Positions 1 to 22,671 of a DNA stretch of 64,000 bases are shown here, in pieces. Each line of letters starts with the position of its first letter. Within the stretch, counting starts at the first letter, position 1. This DNA comes from Amoebidium appalachense (lineage: Eukaryota > Protista > Ichthyosporea). The DNA lies in assembly GCA_963693365.1 (NCBI GenBank), contig CAVNZM010000011.1, forward strand, positions 7,521,921 to 7,585,920, written 5' to 3'. A program made the translations under genes and the position numbers. The notes under the pieces were generated by a model. It worked only from the letters and a program-made list of their open reading frames with translations. It had not been told where the DNA came from and did no database searches.

Positions 1-1910
1 AAGGGGGGGAGTTAAATTGCTACTGGTTGAAATTCAATGGTTGTGCACGTCGGCTATGCATTACAGTGTAGGAAATAAACATGCAGGCGCAGGTGGAGGG
101 GGGGGGGGGGGGGGGGGGGGGTAAAGGGGGGGGGGGGGGGGGGGGGGGGGATGGCACTGGCAGGGTGTACCTATTTTAAGCATTTGCTGACACTGGTGGC
201 CCGTCACAGGTCGTCACATGCATATATATATATGGGCTGCACGGTGCAACAGAATAATGGTATGATGGCAAAAGGGGAGACGACATCGTGCATGTACGGT
301 ACGGCTGAGGTGTGGTTTGTCTCTGTAGCTCGGTTGGTAGAGGGTGCTCTGGCCATCGCTCTTCTCCTATGTTTCTTTATCTTCTGTTTTCCTTGACACA
401 TCGGAATTCTTTATCCTCAAGTAACATTAGTAGTCTTCTTGGATTGCAACGATTTAATCCTTTTCATTTAGTTTTTGCCTTTTACTTTTATTCTGCATGT
501 GTCGCTTCATACAGCCATCTGCCAGGTGAATACGGGCTGTAGTAGTGCTGGATGGGTGATACAGCCTTGCTTAAATGTCAGCTCTAGATGTGATGTATGA
601 GGTAACATGTTTTGATTAGAGTGCATTTTATATACCTGTATACCCCATATAGATGCAGATGCCGTGGTGTGAATAATGTGTTAATTAAGGTGCCTTAATC
701 GGTAGGAATTCGAAGCTGACCCTACCACCTACTGAGGCGGTGTCTCCTTTCTTTTTTTTTTTTTTTTTTTTTTTTTTAACTTAAAAGGGACCGCCTGAGT
801 AGATGTTAAAACGTCGCACGTGCGGCAACACGTCAGTACGTGTTAGAAGCTGACCACATCGGGAGTAGGGAGTAGGGGGTAGAGGCGTTAGAGGGGGAGG
901 GGGGGGATCTTGTTCTTTTTCTTTTTTTTTTTTAGGGGGGGGAGGGGGAGGGGGGGGGGGGGGGGGGGGGGGGGAAGGGGGGATGGGGAAATTGGTAACG
1001 AATTAATCGTAATGAATTTGCGTTTTGCTTAATTGATGTCGTTATTACTGTTCCCATGATATTGTATATTTGGGATTGGTTGAAAATAGCCTGATAATTG
1101 TGAGCAGCTTAGAGATGATGTTACCGTTGCTTTTCTTATATCATCGGTGATCAAACTATTGATGACGTATGTATGCCATAATATCATACTGATGGTCCCT
1201 TGTTCACAAATACAGCGGTTCTATATATATTCAGACATAACCTATTTGCCTGTAGTTTTTTTTCTTTTGACTGGATTTATTCGACGGAAAGATATGCAAG
1301 TATGCACGGCATACCGAGAAGACAATAAAAACTTCACGAGTTATCCAGTAACAAGTGCATACTGAGATACCTGAACACTGTGTGAAACTTTGATCATATA
1401 AATACTCAATGTGACGACCAACAGAATTCAACAAAAAGTCTAAAGTGGCCACATTGCCAGCCAGTGTAGCAGACACCCGTAGGGAAAGAGGTAAAACGCG
1501 ACATAAAAACTCACACCTATCAACATGCTTGCGATTAAAAAGTTCAGCACAAAAGTGGCACCAGCGGCGATGAAAACAAAAATTACAACGCCACTGCACA
1601 ACTTCCCAGGCAATATCGACATCAGAGCACCATACAGACTTATCTACTAGGGTGGTATCCATACGTACAGCAGGAGAAATATATCCTGCCAAAGCCCCCA
1701 AAAAAGCGATAATGATCAGTACGGTGTTGCCTAAGGAACATAACACATGCCGACTGAGTTTTACCTTTGATTTATCTATCAGAACGAGAAAGAAACTTAT
1801 ACTGCGTATGGTAATAACGCGAAAAGGCAGAAAAAACAGGAAGAGAAAAGAAAGAGGGAGTGAGATAGCGAGAGGAAGAATCAGGTTGAAAGAGGATAGG
1901 CTGAGGACAT

Positions 1911-3035
1911 TCAGAAGTAGCGTTGGTGAATCGGGGGGGAAGAGGGATGGAGGGAGGGGGGGGGAAAGAAAGCATAAAGAGGGTGACCATCAGGTATCCT
2001 AACTAAATGAAAACAAAAACGAAGAGACAATTCCTCCATACGACAAACAGCAGACGACAATCCAAACATACTGATTAAGGGAGGCACAAACCGAGTACGA
2101 AACAAAGTGCGCAGCGCAGTACCCCGAAAATTGTCGAACTCTTTCAGCGCCACGGCCGCCTCGCGAGGTGGGGCGCAGGCCAATAGCGGAAGTCCATATT
2201 CGAAAGTCGGCCGTAAAAAAGTTTTATAGTAGAGAAGAAGGTTCGCAGGATGGATCACAGACTCCCGTTGAAACATATTTGACACGATGTGAAGCTTACC
2301 CTTCGCACGAGCGATCCGTGCCGTGAGGAGCTTGCGGAAATCAATACCCCGTGCAGCAAAAGGAATACCCAAATAGTCATAGGTGCTCTGAACAGAAATA
2401 GGAAGGCCGGCCAATCGAAAGGAAGCGTTTTTCGAAAAAGTAGCACACTTTGCAATTCCGACTGTCATGAGATTCTCGGTGCACCATTGATCCACCTGAC
2501 GAAGCATCTGGTTCATGACATCTTCGGTTAAGGAACAAAGAACAATATGGTCCGCAAAAAGGAGACCCGGTACACGGCGGGTATGCAGTTGGCCAAAGGG
2601 TTCGAGGGCGCAGGCTAAATCGCCAATGAAAACGTCAACTTCAACGGACTCAGGAGGGACCCCTGCAGAAGACCCCGAGAACGGGTAAAACCGGGTGCTT
2701 ATGTTCCATTGACCGCCGCTCGTCCGCGAGTGGTATCGAACAGCGCTTGCAGAAGACGGCCAAAGGGGGCTGTTAAGCCCCGCATAGCCAGCTTATGCCA
2801 TAACAAACCAGTGGGTACGGCGTCGTAGGCGTTCTTAAGGTCGATGAAGACAACGTACGGAGAGCCAGAAGTAATGGATTCATGGAGTAACAGGCTGTGA
2901 GTATAACACGAATAGGCATGACGAAAGCCCCCTTGAAGGGAAGAAAGACGGAACACGGCGTTTAAAGAATCGTCGGTGTTAAACGCGCGAAGCATGCAAC
3001 CCTCAAAGAGCCTACGAAAAACGTTGTTAAGTGTG
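1911..3035 (-). pseudogene. Degenerate 5'-truncated non-LTR retrotransposon reverse transcriptase fragment
   Basis: RT motifs in order on the - strand: QGGFR, FIDLKNAYDAV, RGLLQGSLLSP, LLFADH (degenerate FADD), YDYLGIPF, YKTFLRPTFEYG. In-frame TAA at 2699-2701 and a frameshift near 2640. Homology ends at the poly-C run near 3036. Confidence 0.88.
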
Positions 3036-3397
3036 ACCCCCCCCCCCCCCCCCCTACCTACCCACCCCCACCCACTCACCCACGTGCACCCACCTGCTCT
3101 CCCTCTCGCTGTCTTCCCCGCCTAGACCGGCCCCACCCCATCCAACTCTAAATAGCACGTCGGAACAAAAAAATAAAATTAAGTAATTACCAAAGGAAAA
3201 TTTAGAAGCAGTGACCCCCCCCCTCTCCCCCCCCTCCCGGGGCAAACCACAATGATGCGCCACCCGCCCCAGCATTCACAGGGTACTATTGAAATCACAG
3301 ACGAGTGCGCGTGCGCACGTGCGCGCACACACACACACACAGTCACACGGCACAGTTACTGCAATCACACACGCACGCACGTGCACGCGCACGCGCG

Positions 3398-3437
<40 letters not shown>

Positions 3438-3544
3438 GCACACACACACACACACACGCAGTCACACGGCGCACTTACTGTCATCACACATGCACGTAAG
3501 CACACGCGTGAGCGCGCGCCTTGCACACGCACACACACACTGTG

Positions 3545-3587
<43 letters not shown>

Positions 3588-3855
3588 AAGAGGAAGAAGA
3601 ACAACAGGAAGCACCACTGACAACCGATTCCCTACACATCACAGTCCTACCGCTAGGGCGTGCCCCATTCAGGGCCCTATGCCCATGCAAACTCCCTCTT
3701 TGCTTACCAACACACGTGAACGCAGCACTCAGAGTCCCCCCCCCCCCCCCCCCCCTGTACCCTAGTTAGGGTTTCGTTTCTTGTCCCACTCTTTTTATTG
3801 GTGTGTGAGTAGCATATATTATAACCTGCACATATCATCCCTCTTGCCGCAAGTC

Positions 3856-3857
<2 letters not shown>

Positions 3858-3932
<75 letters not shown>
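3858..3932. repeat. (TA)n microsatellite
   Basis: Pure TA run seen directly. Confidence 0.95.
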
Positions 3933-3934
<2 letters not shown>

Positions 3935-4179
3935 GAAACAAATATCCAAAGCATACGAATACAATCCACGCTCTATCATAACACATTCAAAAGGTAAGCC
4001 CAGTCGTGATCGATGAATATGGGAGTGCATCTTGGCCAAAGTGAGGCATGTATACACAAAGACACCATAAATGCTACACAAAAAAAACTGAAAGCAGAAA
4101 AAAAGAATGTGTATGGTGTGAAATCTTGCTCACAACCCCCCCCCCCCCCCCCCCCCCCCCGCTCCTCCCCCCCCCCCTC

Positions 4180-4242
<63 letters not shown>

Positions 4243-4567
4243 ACACAAACAAAACAAAACCAAACAAGAAAAAAAAGGAACAAGAAAAAAAGATACAGAC
4301 TCTCTCCACCGATCATTACGCATAACAAAATAAGAAATTAAAAAAAAGAAATCATAACCAAGCAAGCATCTGCAGAATGGTACCTAGTAAACACACCATT
4401 TTTCTTGTTTTCTTCATTATATATGGAAACATGAACATCAGGGTGACTAATACAACGGCCTAATAATGCACCCGTGACCCATCCACACGATACCATAATC
4501 TCATTCGCATTAGAATATCTATACCCGCCGGTTTCATACTTTCGTTTGTTTGGCTCTAAGTCGTGGC

Positions 4568-15281
<10,714 letters not shown>

Positions 15282-16022
15282 CTTAAAGACACAAACAGAT
15301 GAATCATAGAATGGATCAAATAGCGTGAGAAAACAAGAGTGGTTAGCTGTAGCTATTAGGCAGCTAGGACAGACTTTCACTTCAATTGTTGACGGCAATT
15401 TATAGTATTTTTATCATCAGTAACGACAAGTTCTTGTCTTCACCAAATCGCGTCTGCAGCCGCTCTCTCCCTCGAGCAAGATTTCGAGATCCTTGTGCGA
15501 GTCAAAAAAGTGCGGGCCAAAGTAGGTTAGCAAACGTTCCCAGTTTTTGCACTTCACTAAACAACCACTCTTCCAAAAATCATTTTCTGAGTAATGAAAC
15601 TTTCTTGGCCTTCGAGCTCCTTTTTTCCTAACTTTACGACAACTTCTGTGGCGGCTCAGTTGGTGCACCAATCATACTGTCCGATCGAAGGTTGCGCAAA
15701 CAAATTCAACTCGCAGGATTTGTCATGATGTCAGTGCTGTAAATTGAAAATAATCAAATTTTCATGGGGTCTTTGCTTTTCGAACTTGCGAAATCTTGCA
15801 ACTGCCCCCGGCACGCACACACTGCAGCGCGCGCCGGAGACACACACCACCTGAACACACACTCGCCGAGGGGGGTGTAACTTTTTACTGAACAGGCACG
15901 AAGCAAAAGGCGTGCACCTACCATCCCAGTGCGTTAGGGGGTTATTACTTTCATAGCTTTTAATTAACACTTCCCCCATTTCTGAGTGCGCCGATACACG
16001 CACACACGCACACGCAAAGAAA

Positions 16023-16139
16023 ATGAAGTACCGTTCGTCCCTCCGTATGATGTGTGATGCCTGCCAGTTTGTTGTGCGTAAGGGCCGGGTACGCGTGATC
16101 TGCAAAGAGACACCCAAGCACAAGCAGACACAGAAGTGA
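16023..16139 (+). CDS. rpmJ: Ribosomal protein bL36 (bacterial/organellar type, probably mitochondrial), 38 aa
   Basis: ATG..TGA translates [38 protein letters not shown], the bL36 pattern MKxRxSxxxxCxxCxxVxRxGRxxVICxxxPKHKQxQ with all CxxC..C..H zinc ligands. Confidence 0.93.
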   Translation: MKYRSSLRMMCDACQFVVRKGRVRVICKETPKHKQTQK

Positions 16140-19100
16140 GCTAGCAAAGTTTATCTTGAAAGCACCAGGTGAGTGAGCATAGTTTCCCTAAGCTCAAATC
16201 TCCTTTTCCGTTCGCATCACCTTCGCGTATGCTTATGCTGCTGTTCTGCTGTTCTTTTCTGCACCCCTCACATGCTTCGTTTGCGACATACCCTCTATTT
16301 TATGTGCTCGCCGCTTTTACCTCTTCCCCTCCGCCTCCTCTTTCGTTGCTCTTCGTTCTTGGGAGAGCTACCAGTTATACAGCACGCACACACTTCAGTC
16401 GAAGGAAGTGCAGACTCACACACACAATCAGACATATCATGTGTGCAGGCTAGATTTCACATAAATACCCAAGCACACACCAATACGGCGCCTCTACAGG
16501 TTCTTCTCAGTACGCCCACTCATGCGCACACATACACAGGCTCTCCTACACCTGTTTCCCCCTGCCTCTCCCCCCCCCCCCCCCCCCCTTCCCCCCTCCC
16601 CCCTCCCCCTCCCCCTTCCCTTGCCCCGTTTTCCGGACCCCGTCTGTGACATACAAACCTGCACGTCGATTTCTCGCATGTATGCCTTGCGTTATTAGGT
16701 CTTTGATAGACGTTTGAGAATTGTACAAGCTATGCAATTAGAAGCTTTCGACCATTGAAAGCACTTTTTTTCTTGTCCCTGCTGGGACCTTGATTGTTCA
16801 ACATGCTTTCTCTACCCAGTATCCTTCCCCCCCCCCCCCCCCCCCTTTCGGACCATTTTTTTCCGTCTGGGTCTTAATTAGTTAATTCTACAATGCGTTT
16901 TACCTCACCCTCCCCCCCTCCCCCCCCCCCCCCCCCCCCCCCCCACCACACACACACACACACCTCCACCTCACCTTTCCACACTGCCACTTTTTAATAT
17001 ACTCAACGTGCAAGGTTGGTAAAAGGAAGGCTTGACCTACCTACACCCACATCCTTTCATGGGTGCTTTTTTCAGTTTGTGCTTATTCAACTCGTAACTA
17101 GCAACGAAAATACTACCCCCCTCCCCCCTCCCCTCCCCACTGCCCCCACCACCAACATAGTTAGCCGTCCACCTGTCCTTACAGACCCCTTTTCCGCCTC
17201 TCCTCTGCTTTCAGCCAACACCTGTTAGAGTATATTTCTCGGCAGAGACAAGAGCGTACAATGGAAAAAATGGTGGAGGAAGGTTTGAAAGAAGGCAAAG
17301 AAATGAACGAGTGAAGCTCGACAAAAGGGAGGGATAGGGCATAAGGGGGAAGGAGTGGGTTTGAGTGGAAGCAGGTTCCTTGGTTTACATATTTATCAAA
17401 ACATATGGTGACTATGATCAAAAATGGTTTGTGCAGCCACACCTCACCCAAGGACACAAGCATGCAAGCACGCACGAACACACAAATGGGGGACATGCGT
17501 GCACACAGGCACACACATGCAGACGGCAAAGCTTGTACACACAGACACTCACTCACTCACTGACACACACACACACAGCCCCTTGCCCGTTTGCTCGTCA
17601 TTGCAATTGAAGGCGTACCAGCCAAACGAATTCACTCTTGACCAACAAACTTACATCCACTTTTTTCTCAGGTACTTCTACGCCACTCCCACGAACGTTG
17701 ACTTGGCCCAGAGTTGATTGCGGCAGTGAATGGTCGACACCTCACCATATCTGTATTTTGTAGCCCTCTTCTAGTCACTCCATGTATGTGTTTTATATTC
17801 AGAGCTCTTCCATATCAATATGAACAGTAGGTGTCATGTATGCACACACATATTGTAACCTGTATGGTCATGCTCCCGTGATGACTACAAAGTTATGCAA
17901 TCACAAAAGGCAGGTGTGATGCGTGTGAGGGTATAGCTGGATGAATAAACACCCAAATCGGGTGTGTTGAATTGGCTGTGCCAATTGCCCTGACTGATAT
18001 TGGGAGATTTAATGCAAATGCATAGAGTCCCCCCCCCCCTCCCCCTCCACCCCAACACACACACACACACGTGTACACAGATGTGTACACAGATGTGCGC
18101 GCGCGCGCACACACACACACACACAATGTGTGGTTTGCACTTTCAGTGGTGTTGTCCGCTGTGATTGTAGTATTTCGTACATCAAAACACATTCTTACCC
18201 CCCCCCCCCCCCCCCCCCCCCCCCTCTCCCCCCCGCCCCCCCCGCCGTGGCGAAGCCACCACACCTCGTAGATATATGAACAAATATGTCACACCCATAT
18301 GTACGTACTGCAGTCAGACAAAATCAGTAATACGGACGTACACATCTACATGCACATGTACACGCACCTAGGCCTATCAAGTCGGGATCACAATACATAT
18401 TCGTATCAGCTGCAGGGATTCGAACAACAAGACGTGCAACACATGCCATGAGGCACTGCACAGGTGCAATATTTAACAAGTACAGGCTTTTTACTAGCAA
18501 TACTTTACGGATTATTGGCTCAACGGATTCAAACCGGCCTTCAGCTATTTATCATGTGTACGTACACACGTATGTTTGATGATAACAAACCCTTTAGATG
18601 CAGGTGATATCGATCTGCATGCATCGCATGAAATCCCCCCCCCCCCCTTCCCGCGCACCACAGCAGGTTGGTTGAACAACATATATAGACACTGCCAATA
18701 TATAATTGGAGCAATGTCACGTGCACACGAGCTGATGTGAATTTCAAACTTCAAGAGTGGATAATCTCCACTCGAGCTCGGATCCGAATTCAGGCTGTAG
18801 AACATCAGACTTACATACGGGCATTATACCCACTAGCCTGGGTCCATGTTCATTACATGTTCCTATTGAGAATTCGTGCATCACATGCCTACAGTATCCG
18901 ACAAACAAAGGCATACATATCCGGGCCCGGACAGTCAACAAAGTCGGTGCCGAACTATATTTATTTACTCAAGCATTATAATGGGGATTTATTTGGCTAA
19001 TCTTGCCAACCAATCCTACCATATCAATCCGCAGCGCTAGCGCTGGTCACTCTGCCCCTTTCCTCCCCCCCTCCCCCCCTCCCCCCTTCCCCCCCCCTCC

Positions 19101-19208
19101 CCCTCTCTCTTACTCCCATCAAATTTACTATCCTTCCCCCCCCCCCCCCCCCCCCCCCCAACGCACACACACACATACACACACACACACACACACACAT
19201 ATGTAGAC

Positions 19209-19591
19209 TCAACCAAAAATATCCCCATCATCCGGGAGTGAAACAGGTGGCGTAGGTTCCTCTACAGGGTTCGAAAGTACGTCCTTTGCCCTCCACATCT
19301 GCCAGCCAAACTTTCACCACCAGGGCTGTAAGGTTATCTTGGCTGCCCTTATCGTATGCTGTGTCAACTATTGCGTTGGCGGCTGCTTTGGGGTCTCCCA
19401 TGTGTGGTATTGTCAGGTCTACAACCTGTTTAGAAAGGGGGGGGGGGGGGGGGGGGGGGGGGGGGAGGGGGGAGGGGGGGGGGAGGGGAGTGGGAGGTTT
19501 TGGGGGGGGGGGGGGGGGGGGGGAGCGACGCGAGGGAGGGAGAAAGGGAAGGGGGGGACAGGGGGAGGGAGGGAGGGAGGGAGGGAGGGAA

Positions 19592-19623
<32 letters not shown>

Positions 19624-19749
19624 AAGAATGGGTTACAGAGTGCAAAGTATACACGTACGACTGACAGCACAATGCCAATGTTGCAAAGCACACACAAAGA
19701 AAGGGGAGTGATGGTTGGTTGTATGTGTTTGGCAGGCGCCGGGGGATGT

Positions 19750-19780
<31 letters not shown>

Positions 19781-20101
19781 GGGGGGGGAGGGGGGGGGGA
19801 GGGGGATGCGGGTCGACCAGTGTGTGTGCGCGCGCTGAGAGTAAGTTAGGAGGGAGGGTCATGTGCGAGTGTGTGTGTGCACGTTAATGATGTGTCGGCT
19901 GGGCTATGGGGTGTATGGCGTGGCTGTGTATGATTTTCTGTTGTGTTTTAGGAATGCACGGAAGGGGGTTGGGTACCGTATAAACCAACAGTTTTAACTG
20001 CTTCAAATAGAAGGAATGCATCCATATTTCTCCATATCTTATTTGTATCATTATTATTATTATTATTATATTATTTCTTTTTTTTTTTTTTTTTTTTTGG
20101 G

Positions 20102-20137
<36 letters not shown>

Positions 20138-20316
20138 AACTTGAGGTGACTGGTGTCTCGAGTAAAGGTAAAACCACCAAGAGAATGAATCGTCAGCAAA
20201 TAACCAAGAAAGGGCAGGTGGGAACAAAAGATATCCAAGTGGGGCGGGGTGGAGCGGGTTTTCCTTTTTTGCTTTTTTTCTTTTCTTTTTTTTTTTTTTT
20301 GTGTGGGTGGGGAGGT

Positions 20317-20354
<38 letters not shown>

Positions 20355-20620
20355 TAAGGGGGCAAACACACCTCCTGGTCTGACAGTACATACCAAATGC
20401 CGTCGCAAGCGAAAACCATGAACAGATCTCGGTCGGTGATGCGGAATTGCCGTATTTCCGGGGTTGCACTTACTAACCCTGGTTGTTTGAGCCCACCGTC
20501 ACCAAATGCTCGTGATACTGCTATCCATACACGAGCTTTTTCTTCGGCGGATGATTGCGCTTCTTTGGTTACTCTCCATACACCGTTAACCTGTGTGTGT
20601 TTATGTGTGTGTGTGTGTTT

Positions 20621-20667
<47 letters not shown>

Positions 20668-21430
20668 CATCTTCCTATGATTCACGGCAAGACTTAGAAG
20701 TTGAGTTTTATTTATGTTTATTAGTTTGTTGTAGTTTGTTTCCTTTTCCCTTTTCCTTTCTTCCTTTCTTTCTTTCTTTCCTTTCTGTTTCCGTGTACAC
20801 CGATATCTTAGATCTCTGTATGTACACATCGAGATATTTAGCTCGCGCACACGTATTGTCGTTTGTGTCAATATCTAAATATGTCGTCCAATCAGATCTC
20901 GTTTGTATTTTCCCAAATATAGTAACTTACATTCCTTTCCCATTCCTTTCCCTTCCTTTCTCACGACGTAGCATTGTACTATGTTCTCCAACTATTAGGA
21001 ATAATTATATTTAGACGTGTTATGTTAAGAACATGTATAAATGTATGATGTGAACTAATAGTTACATAAGTGGTTTCATTTTGTTAAATGTTTCCGTGCT
21101 TTTATTAGAAGTTACTTTCATTAGAGGGTTGCATTTTATCTTCTATGTGTCGACAGACATTTCGATCGATATATTTTACACTCATAGTTTTCGTCTTTCT
21201 GATTGGAAAATAGAGTTTTCGTTCTTTTGATTGGTTTATCGATTTCACATTCCCAAGTATAAAATGGACTTCATCTTGAAATAAAATCAAGCAGTCGTAT
21301 TCAATTCCTATGGTTCCAGAAATCGTTCCACCTCTCCGGTTGTGTTTCTCCCCTGTGTCTCTGTGTTGTGTATAACATAACACCCATCTGTGCTCTCTGC
21401 TTTCCCGTTTACCCACACAAAACAACAGGG

Positions 21431-21474
<44 letters not shown>

Positions 21475-21634
21475 AGCAGGGGTGTGTGAGAGGCTGGAAG
21501 ACACCACCAGAAATACAACAGAAAAGGAACAGCCCAGGCGTAGTCAAGATCCCACAACAAACCCTCCGGTCAACACCACATATCCCTGCCTGCCCGCCTT
21601 ATGTCATCTACCAGCATGCAGGCACACAACGCAT

Positions 21635-21710
<76 letters not shown>

Positions 21711-22638
21711 GTGATCGTGCACACTGTGTGTGTGTGTCCCCATACGTGAAATTCACAAACACCAACCCACCTGAGCCACATATCCCCCAGCCTTCTCTAT
21801 CCTCGCCCTCTCATCCGTCCTATTTGGTTTGTGGTCAAACGACATAGGCATCACCACACCCCCCCTGCACATGACTGCACGTGAATCCCCGAGGTTTGCA
21901 ACATATAGGGTTAAATCCCCTGGGCCCGTGCCGTGGGCTACCGCCGTAATGGCAGTGGAGCCACTACGTGCTGTTTGTGCTTCGTCTCCTGTTTGCTTGG
22001 CCTGTGTGTATGTGTGTGTTAGGTGGGGGGGAGGGGAGGGGGGAGGTGGGGGGGGGGAAGAGGTGGGAGGAAGGTGTGTGTGTGTTGTCTGTGTGCATGT
22101 ATGTGTGTGTGTGTGTATGTATATGTGTGTGTGTGTGTGCGTGTGTGTGGCCGTGTGTGTGTGGCCGTGTGTGGCGGTGTGTGTGCGTGTGAGTGGGTGG
22201 GTGAGTCAGTAAATGTGCGAATGAGTGTGTGAGTGAGTGAGTCAGTGAGGGTGAGAAAGAGAGAGGAACAGAGAGAGACAGACACAGAGAGTATGTGTTT
22301 GTTTGTGTGTCTGTGTGATTATAGGTGTAGGATGTGTACATGTATGTGCGCGGATGTGGGTGCACCCTTATGTTTGTGCGTGAGTGTCTGGCTAACTCAT
22401 ACACAAGGGGGCGATGTAGGGGTGTATGAATTCCATCCTGGGATGAAATGCGAACAGCCAAGGGTAAGAGGAAGGCAGGGAGGAGAGAAAAATTTGTCGA
22501 CTTTTTTTTTTTGTGGGGGCGAAAGGCTGGAGGGAGGCAAGAAAAAGAAGAATCGTCGGTAATAGGTGACCGTTTTGGCGCAGCCAAGCATTGGGTACAA
22601 GGAAGAGGTGGGAAGGAGGCGCACAGAGTGGTGGTGGT

Positions 22639-22671
<33 letters not shown>

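Noticed and set aside
1231-1746. Hydrophobic ORFs suggesting a membrane protein
   Set aside because: Overlapping frames, no recognisable family or splice pattern; may be the 3' region of the adjacent RT fragment.
17373-17717. Two exon-like + strand blocks (GSLVYIFIKTYGDYDQKWF.., AYQPNEFTLDQQTYIHFF..)
   Set aside because: No GT donor at the expected position and no recognised homology.
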